DNA from: Candidatus Fervidifonticultor secundus
GTDB taxonomy: Bacteria > Sysuimicrobiota > Sysuimicrobiia > Sysuimicrobiales > Humicultoraceae
Assembly (NCBI GenBank): GCA_031459385.1
Contig: JAVKIP010000008.1
Location: 1-64,000 of the forward strand
Length of the DNA: 64,000 nucleotides
Direction of reading: 5' to 3'
Numbering within the stretch: the stretch's first letter is position 1; each line of letters begins with the position of its first letter. The position numbers and the translations under genes are program-made. The notes beneath the pieces are model-generated. The model was not told the DNA's origin. It made no database searches and was given only the letters and a program-made list of their open reading frames with translations. Below are positions 58,687 through 64,000 of this stretch, in pieces.

Positions 58687-59640
58687 CTACGGCAGCTGGA
58701 GCCGGGTGATCCGCCGTGCCAGGGGGACCAGCCCCTCGCGGAAGACGAGGAACAGGACCACCAGCAGCACGCCGTATGCCAGCACCGTCGCCTGGCCGAA
58801 CGGCCGCACCAGCTCGTCCACCAGGGCGAACAGTGCGCCGCCGACGACAGGCCCGAGCAGCGTGCGCATCCCACCCAACAGCAGGGCGATCAACACGACG
58901 ATGTCGACGTGGGCCAGGGCGAAGACCGACGGGCTGATGAAGCCGTTGAAGTCGGCGTACAGGGCGCCCGTGAGTCCGATGAGCCCCGAGCCCACCGCGG
59001 CAGCCAGCACCTTGTACCGCGTGACGTCGATCCCGGCCAGCTCCGCGGTCAGCTCGTCCTCGCTCAACGCGCCGAACGCCAGACCCGGCCGGCCCGCCAT
59101 GAGCCACTGGTAGAGGCCCAGCGCCGCCAGCAGCAGGGCGAGGAAGACGTAGTAGGTGGCAATGGCGCCCCCGCCGAGGCCGATGCCCAGGCCCTGGGTC
59201 ACGATGCCGGTCTCGCCGTTCGTGTACCGGCGCAGCCCCAGCAGGAGGTTCTGGAAGATCAACGAGACCACCAGGGTCACGATGCCCACGAAGATCACCC
59301 CGAGCCCCCGGCGGGCCGCCACGTAGCTGAGGCACGCGCCCAGCGCGATCGCGGACAGGGTCCCCAGGCCCATGGCTACTGTCGGTGCAAGCTTCAGGTC
59401 GCGCGTCAGGATCACCGCGAGATAGGCGGACGATCCGGCCAGGGCGCCCACGCAGAGAAAGAGCTGCCGGGTATGGCCAAAGACGATGTTGAACGCCACG
59501 GTGTACGTGGTCTGAATGAGCATGAGCGTGGTGATGCGCAGCGAGTAGATGCCGGTCCCGGTGGCCCACGGGAGCGCGGCCAGGACACATCCGGCGGCTA
59601 GGACCGGTACCATCCGCGCGGGATGCGGCCGCCCCATCAT
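58687..59640 (-). CDS. Branched-chain amino acid-type ABC permease (LivM)
   Basis: TNGETG, EDELTAELAGID, LLGGMRTLLGPVVG. Confidence 0.9.
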   Translation of the reverse strand: MMGRPHPARMVPVLAAGCVLAALPWATGTGIYSLRITTLMLIQTTYTVAFNIVFGHTRQLFLCVGALAGSSAYLAVILTRDLKLAPTVAMGLGTLSAIALGACLSYVAARRGLGVIFVGIVTLVVSLIFQNLLLGLRRYTNGETGIVTQGLGIGLGGGAIATYYVFLALLLAALGLYQWLMAGRPGLAFGALSEDELTAELAGIDVTRYKVLAAAVGSGLIGLTGALYADFNGFISPSVFALAHVDIVVLIALLLGGMRTLLGPVVGGALFALVDELVRPFGQATVLAYGVLLVVLFLVFREGLVPLARRITRLQLP

Positions 59641-60494
59641 GTCCAGTAGGCCAGCAGGCCCTCGGGGCGCACCAGCAGGGTGAGCAGCGCCGCCAGCAGG
59701 AGCAGGATCCAGGTCAGGTAGGTCCCCACGTAGTAGCTCGAGATGGCGTTCACCAGGCCCAGCAGCAGGCCCGCGGCCGCCGTACCGGTCAGGCTGCGCA
59801 CGCCGCCCACGACGGCCACGATCAGGGCCAGCACCGTGAACTCGGGGCCCATCTCGGGTCCGACGTTCGAGAAGAACGCCTGGGCCAGCCCGGCCAGCCC
59901 GGCCAGGAGTCCGCTCAACCCGACGATCAGCGTGCGAGTCCGGGCCACGTCGATGCCGCACAGGGCAGCGCCGGTCTCGTTCTGGATGATGGACCGCACC
60001 GCTTTCCCCAACAGCGTCCACCGCAGGAACAGGGCCAGCAGCACGAATGCCGCCAGCGCCATGCCCGAGGCCGCCAGGCTGGCGCTGCGCACCACCAGCC
60101 CACCGACGACCACGGCGGCAGTGGGCAGGCGCAGGGTCAGCGCCACGGCGGGGTAGCGGTAGGCCAAAAACCCGTCCACGGCGAACGCGAGCCCCAGCGT
60201 CAGGATCAACGCCAGCAGGAGCCGCTCCTCGCCCCGGCGGCGATACGCCGGCAGCATCAGGGTGCGGTCCATCAGCACGCCGGCACATCCCGCGCCCAGC
60301 GCGCCGATGGCGGCGGCCGCACCGGGGTGGAGCCCGGCGCCGATCAGCAGCGCGGCCGCCACGCCGGCGATGACCGCCAGCTGGCCGTGGGCCAGGTTCA
60401 GCACGCCGCCCAGGCCGTAGACCATCGTGATGCCGACCCCGAGCAGAGCCAGCTGCAGACCCTGCACCAGCCCGTCCAGCACGACGGCGACCAT
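59637..60494 (-). CDS. ABC permease (LivH)
   Basis: GVLNLAHG, LGKAVRS..QN, AVVGG. Confidence 0.9.
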   Translation of the reverse strand: MVAVVLDGLVQGLQLALLGVGITMVYGLGGVLNLAHGQLAVIAGVAAALLIGAGLHPGAAAAIGALGAGCAGVLMDRTLMLPAYRRRGEERLLLALILTLGLAFAVDGFLAYRYPAVALTLRLPTAAVVVGGLVVRSASLAASGMALAAFVLLALFLRWTLLGKAVRSIIQNETGAALCGIDVARTRTLIVGLSGLLAGLAGLAQAFFSNVGPEMGPEFTVLALIVAVVGGVRSLTGTAAAGLLLGLVNAISSYYVGTYLTWILLLLAALLTLLVRPEGLLAYWT

Positions 60495-60526
60495 CGCGCG
60501 CGATCAGCCTCCGGCGCGCATCCCGG

Positions 60527-61228
60527 TCAGGCGATGCCCAGGTACGCGCGCTTCAGCGTGGGGTTGCCCAGGAGATCCTCGGGGGAGCCCGATAGCACCA
60601 CGCGTCCGTTCTCCAGGACGTACAGCCGGCGGCAGAACATGAGCGCCATCGGCACCTGCTGCTCGGCCAGGAGGATCGTGAGGCCCGCGTCACGCAGGCG
60701 GTCGAGCTGCCGGTACAGTTCCGCCACCAGGCGCGGCGCCAGCCCCGTGGAGGGCTCGTCCAGCAGCAGCAGCCTGGGCCGCAGCATCACCCCCCGGGCG
60801 ATGGCCAGCATCTGCTGCTCCCCGCCGCTGAGCGTTCCGGCGCGCTGGTGCCGGCGCTCTGCCAGCCGCGGGAACAGCGCGAAGACCGACTCGAGCCGCG
60901 CGCGCGAGCCGTCAGGGTGGGGGTAAGCCCCCAGCTGCAGGTTCTCCAGCACCGTCATCTGGGGGAACAACTCACGCTCGGCGGGGATGTACACGACGCC
61001 GAGCCGGGCCACCTGGTGCGCCGGCAGGGCATCCAGCCGCCGGCCCTCCCACGTCACCGCGCCGCTGCGCGGCTGCAGCAGGCCGGCGATGGTCTTGAAG
61101 AGCGTGGTCTTGCCCGCGCCGTTGGGCCCGATGACCCCCACCGCCTCGCCCGGCCGGACTTCCAGGCTCACCTCGCGCAGCACCGGCACGTCGTCGTACG
61201 CCGCCGCCACCCGCTCGAGCGTCAGCAT
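60527..61228 (-). CDS. ABC ATPase (LivF)
   Basis: GPNGAGKT, TLSGGEQQMLAIAR, DEPSTGLAP. Confidence 0.92.
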   Translation of the reverse strand: MLTLERVAAAYDDVPVLREVSLEVRPGEAVGVIGPNGAGKTTLFKTIAGLLQPRSGAVTWEGRRLDALPAHQVARLGVVYIPAERELFPQMTVLENLQLGAYPHPDGSRARLESVFALFPRLAERRHQRAGTLSGGEQQMLAIARGVMLRPRLLLLDEPSTGLAPRLVAELYRQLDRLRDAGLTILLAEQQVPMALMFCRRLYVLENGRVVLSGSPEDLLGNPTLKRAYLGIA

Positions 61229-61232
61229 GCCC

Positions 61233-62009
61233 TCACGCGCGCGTGGTCAGCACCTGCGCGGGATCCGCGACGCCCAGATAGGCCTCCACCACCGCGGGGT
61301 CGCTGGCCACCTCTTCGGGGGGGCCTGCGGCGATCAGCCGCCCGTGGTCCAGCACGAGCACCCGCTCGGCGGTGCGCATGATGGCATGCATGACGTGCTC
61401 CACCCAGACGATCGCCACCTGCCGCTCGTCCCGCACGCGGCGGAGCAGCTGCACGCAGCCATCCACCTCCACGGGGTTGAGACCGCTCATGACCTCATCG
61501 ACCAGGACCAGCGCCGGATGGGCGGCCAGGGCGCGCGCGAAGTCCACCAGTTTCTTCTCCTGCAGCGTGAGCGTAGCCACCGGCTGGTCCCGCCGGGCCT
61601 CGAGCCCGACCAACGCCAGCGTGGCCTCGGCCTGACGGCGGGCCGCTGCCACGGTCTGCCGCGAGGCGCCGTCGCCGAAGGCGGCCCCGACGGTCACGTT
61701 GTCCAGCACCGTCATGTGGGGGAACAGGCGCGGGATCTGGAGGACGCGCCCCACGCCCAGGCGCGCGACCGCGTGGGGCGCCAGGCCCGTGATGGGACGG
61801 CCGCGCAGCCGGACCGTGCCCGTGTCGGGGCGCAGCACGCCGCTGATCAGGTTGAGCACCGTGGTCTTGCCGGCGCCGTTGGGACCGATCAGCCCCACGA
61901 TGCTCCCTGGCGAGACGGAAAAGCTCACGTCGTGCACGGCCACCATGCCCCCGAACGTCTTGGTGAGCCGGTGGCACTCCAGGAGCGCTCCGTCACTCGG
62001 GCGGGACAT
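61233..62009 (-). CDS. ABC ATPase (LivG)
   Basis: GPNGAGKT, VDEVMSGL, VEHVM, VVEAYLG. Confidence 0.92.
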   Translation of the reverse strand: MSRPSDGALLECHRLTKTFGGMVAVHDVSFSVSPGSIVGLIGPNGAGKTTVLNLISGVLRPDTGTVRLRGRPITGLAPHAVARLGVGRVLQIPRLFPHMTVLDNVTVGAAFGDGASRQTVAAARRQAEATLALVGLEARRDQPVATLTLQEKKLVDFARALAAHPALVLVDEVMSGLNPVEVDGCVQLLRRVRDERQVAIVWVEHVMHAIMRTAERVLVLDHGRLIAAGPPEEVASDPAVVEAYLGVADPAQVLTTRA

Positions 62010-63192
62010 ACACCTCGACGGTCGAGCGGAAGAGCCACTTCTGGTACCAGCCCGCGCCCGGGTTGACGCCGCCCGGCGACTCGCCCGTCTCGATGGCGAA
62101 GATGATCGGCCGCGCCTCCTTCATCTCGCCCCATTCGGTGTACGAGAGGGGCCAGCCGTAGCCCGGCTGGTTGAACCGTCCCTTGCGGATCGCCTCCGCC
62201 AGCACCCGCGGGTCGACGCTGTTGGTCCGCTTCGCGGCGTCTGCCACGAGCTTGACGATCACGTAGCCGGAGAACGCGCTGTTGTCGAAGTAGCGCTTGT
62301 AGTCGGCATAGTACCTGGCCGCCAGCCGTCGGTACGTCGGGTTCTGGAAGTCCACGCAGGAGTAATCCAGGAACCGGCCGTGCACCGCGTCGCCGGCCCG
62401 CTGCACCATCAACTCAGGGGGGAGCACCGAGCCGATCACCGGCGCGGCCAGGCCCAGCTCCCTGGACTGGCGGACGATGGTCGGGTTCCCCGGCGGATGG
62501 CCCGCGGCGACCAGCAGTTGCGGGTCGAGCCGCTGGAGCCGGCGCAGGTAGGGCGTGAAGTCGGGCGTGACCACGGGCGCCACTTCCACCTGCGTGCGGA
62601 CGCCCGGCAGCGGCGTGACGTAGCGCTCGAAGGCTTCCCGGATGGAATGTCCCCAGGCGTAGTCGGCCACGATGGCCGCGACGCGCGCGTAGTTCCCCTG
62701 GCGCACCATGGCGGCGATCGCCTGGACGTACATGGGCGCGGCCACCAGGCACGTCCGGAACGTGTACCGCGTGCTGCGGCGCAGGATCTCGTGCGAGCCG
62801 GCCATGGTGAGGAACAGCGGGACCCGCAGCGTCTCCGCCTCGCGCGACGCCGCCAGGGCCACGTCGCTGGAGATCACGGCGCCGGCGGCCACGATGCCCT
62901 CGCGCTCCACCAGGAAGCGGAACGCCGTAATGGCCTCCGCCGGGCTGTTGCGGTCGTCGCGCTCTACGAGCTCCAGCGGCCGCCCGAGCACCCCGCCCGC
63001 CGCGTTCACCTCCGCGACGGCCATCTTCATGCCGTCCCGCGCGTTCACGCCCCAGAAGGCGAAGGGGCCGCTGAGGGAACTGAGAAAGGCGATCTTCACC
63101 GGTCGTGGTTGCGCCGCGGCTGGCCCGAAGGCCAGGGCCAGCAGCGTCAGCATCGTCGCGCCTGCGAGTCCCGCACGCATGGCTGTCGTCAC
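61993..63192 (-). CDS. LivK-family substrate-binding protein (aromatic acid or amino acid)
   Basis: Signal peptide, LSGPFA..G, INxxGG-type motif EVNAAGGVLGR, DYAWG. Confidence 0.9.
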   Translation of the reverse strand: MTTAMRAGLAGATMLTLLALAFGPAAAQPRPVKIAFLSSLSGPFAFWGVNARDGMKMAVAEVNAAGGVLGRPLELVERDDRNSPAEAITAFRFLVEREGIVAAGAVISSDVALAASREAETLRVPLFLTMAGSHEILRRSTRYTFRTCLVAAPMYVQAIAAMVRQGNYARVAAIVADYAWGHSIREAFERYVTPLPGVRTQVEVAPVVTPDFTPYLRRLQRLDPQLLVAAGHPPGNPTIVRQSRELGLAAPVIGSVLPPELMVQRAGDAVHGRFLDYSCVDFQNPTYRRLAARYYADYKRYFDNSAFSGYVIVKLVADAAKRTNSVDPRVLAEAIRKGRFNQPGYGWPLSYTEWGEMKEARPIIFAIETGESPGGVNPGAGWYQKWLFRSTVEVYVPPE

Positions 63193-63270
63193 CTCGCTCC
63201 TCCCGGTCTTGGCGGTCTTTGGGACACAGGCCCGCGCTCTGTAACCTCACCATACCAAGCGCGCACGTAT

Positions 63271-63284
63271 TGCGACAACCGTAA
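63271..63284. promoter_or_regulatory. Conserved 14-bp upstream motif, copy 2
   Basis: tgcgacaaccgtaa; on the minus strand it overlaps a TTGTCG-N18-TATGGT promoter candidate. Confidence 0.55.
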
Positions 63285-63384
63285 CGCCGCCACACGGCGC
63301 CGGGTATCGGGCGGCGGCCCGATTTCTCCCGGGCGGGCCCGCCGCGCCGAGGAGGAGGCGGCCGGGTCAGAGAACCACCGTTCC

Positions 63385-63669
63385 GTGACCGCGTCGAGGG
63401 TCGCGCCGGCCATCCGGCGCTGGATTCTTGGCGACGCCTTCGCCAGACGCCTGCGCATGCAGGTGCTGGCCCTGCGCCCGGGGCGCAGCCGCGTCCGCCT
63501 GCGCGTCGAGCCGTGGATGGTGAACGTCCACGGTCTCACGGTCGCCGAGGCCCGGGAGGCACGTCTGGGACGCCGGACGGCGTTCTACGCCATGACCGTG
63601 AGGACGCGGGTCGGCACGACGGTCGCCACGTGCCAGGGCGTCGTGCACCGCCGGCTCCAGGAGGGATGA
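63385..63669 (+). pseudogene. paaI: PaaI-type thioesterase with an internal in-frame deletion
   Basis: DAFARRL.M...MVNVHG joins directly to [16 protein letters not shown]; the HGG..F.LAD helix is missing; ATGA-coupled to paaK. Confidence 0.7.
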
Positions 63670-64000
63670 GCGTGATCTGGAATCGCACGATGGAGACCAT
63701 GTCGCGCGCCGATCTCGAGCGGCTGCAGCTCGACCGGCTGCGCCAGGTGGCGACGCGCGTCTACGACCGCGTGCCTCTCTACCGGCAGCGCTTCGACGAG
63801 GCCCGCATTCGGCCCGACCAGATCCGGACGCTCGCCGACCTGCGGCGCCTGCCGTTTACCCGCAAGGCCGACTTCCGCGACCACTACCCGTTCGGCCTGC
63901 TGGCCGTGCCGCTAAGGGACTGTGTGCGCATTCACGCCTCGTCGGGCACCACCGGCAAGCCCACGGTTGTGGCCTACACGCGCGCCGACCTGGCGATCTG
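63666..64000 (+). CDS. paaK: Second phenylacetate-CoA ligase, 5' part; runs off the window
   Basis: [21 protein letters not shown]...[17 protein letters not shown]...[18 protein letters not shown]. Confidence 0.9.
   Translation, partial: MSVIWNRTMETMSRADLERLQLDRLRQVATRVYDRVPLYRQRFDEARIRPDQIRTLADLRRLPFTRKADFRDHYPFGLLAVPLRDCVRIHASSGTTGKPTVVAYTRADLAI

Noticed and set aside
52947..64000. Aerobic paa pathway
   Set aside because: No paaABCE epoxidase or paaZ in the window; the context is ferredoxin/Fe-S anaerobic chemistry

Overview
Very GC-rich bacterial DNA with dense coding; no rRNA, tRNA or CRISPR array was seen. 1-525: the 5' part of an IS110-family transposase (missed by the ORF track) whose end abuts an integron attC-like hairpin. 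0.8-21.7 kb: amidase with a small partner ORF, ribokinase, FAD oxidoreductase, Dpp/Opp ABC transporter, DUF1028, serine hydrolase, adenine deaminase, two unannotated tandem 47-aa pilin-like paralogues, several peptidases and a cold-shock protein. 21.7-29.3 kb: a GntR/LOG-like/ABC operon with several lesions, a HAD-IIA hydrolase and a gabD-like dehydrogenase. 29.4-64 kb: a large anaerobic aromatic-catabolism region. It holds a four-subunit class I benzoyl-CoA-reductase-like operon, Bbs-like beta-oxidation genes (thiolase plus Zn/OB-fold partner, SDR, hydratase, class III CoA-transferase), PrpF, LeuA/LeuC/LeuD-like enzymes, IorAB, KorABC, two phenylacetate-CoA ligases, a Dch-like hydratase, transporters and regulators. 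Main hypothesis (inference): the region encodes a route that I do not know to be described, phenylacetate/phenylpyruvate -> benzylmalate -> benzylmaleate -> phenylitaconate -> benzoyl-CoA + succinyl-CoA, with no benzylsuccinate synthase, BbsG or Pad genes in the window. Family assignments come from motifs and recalled sequences, not from database searches.
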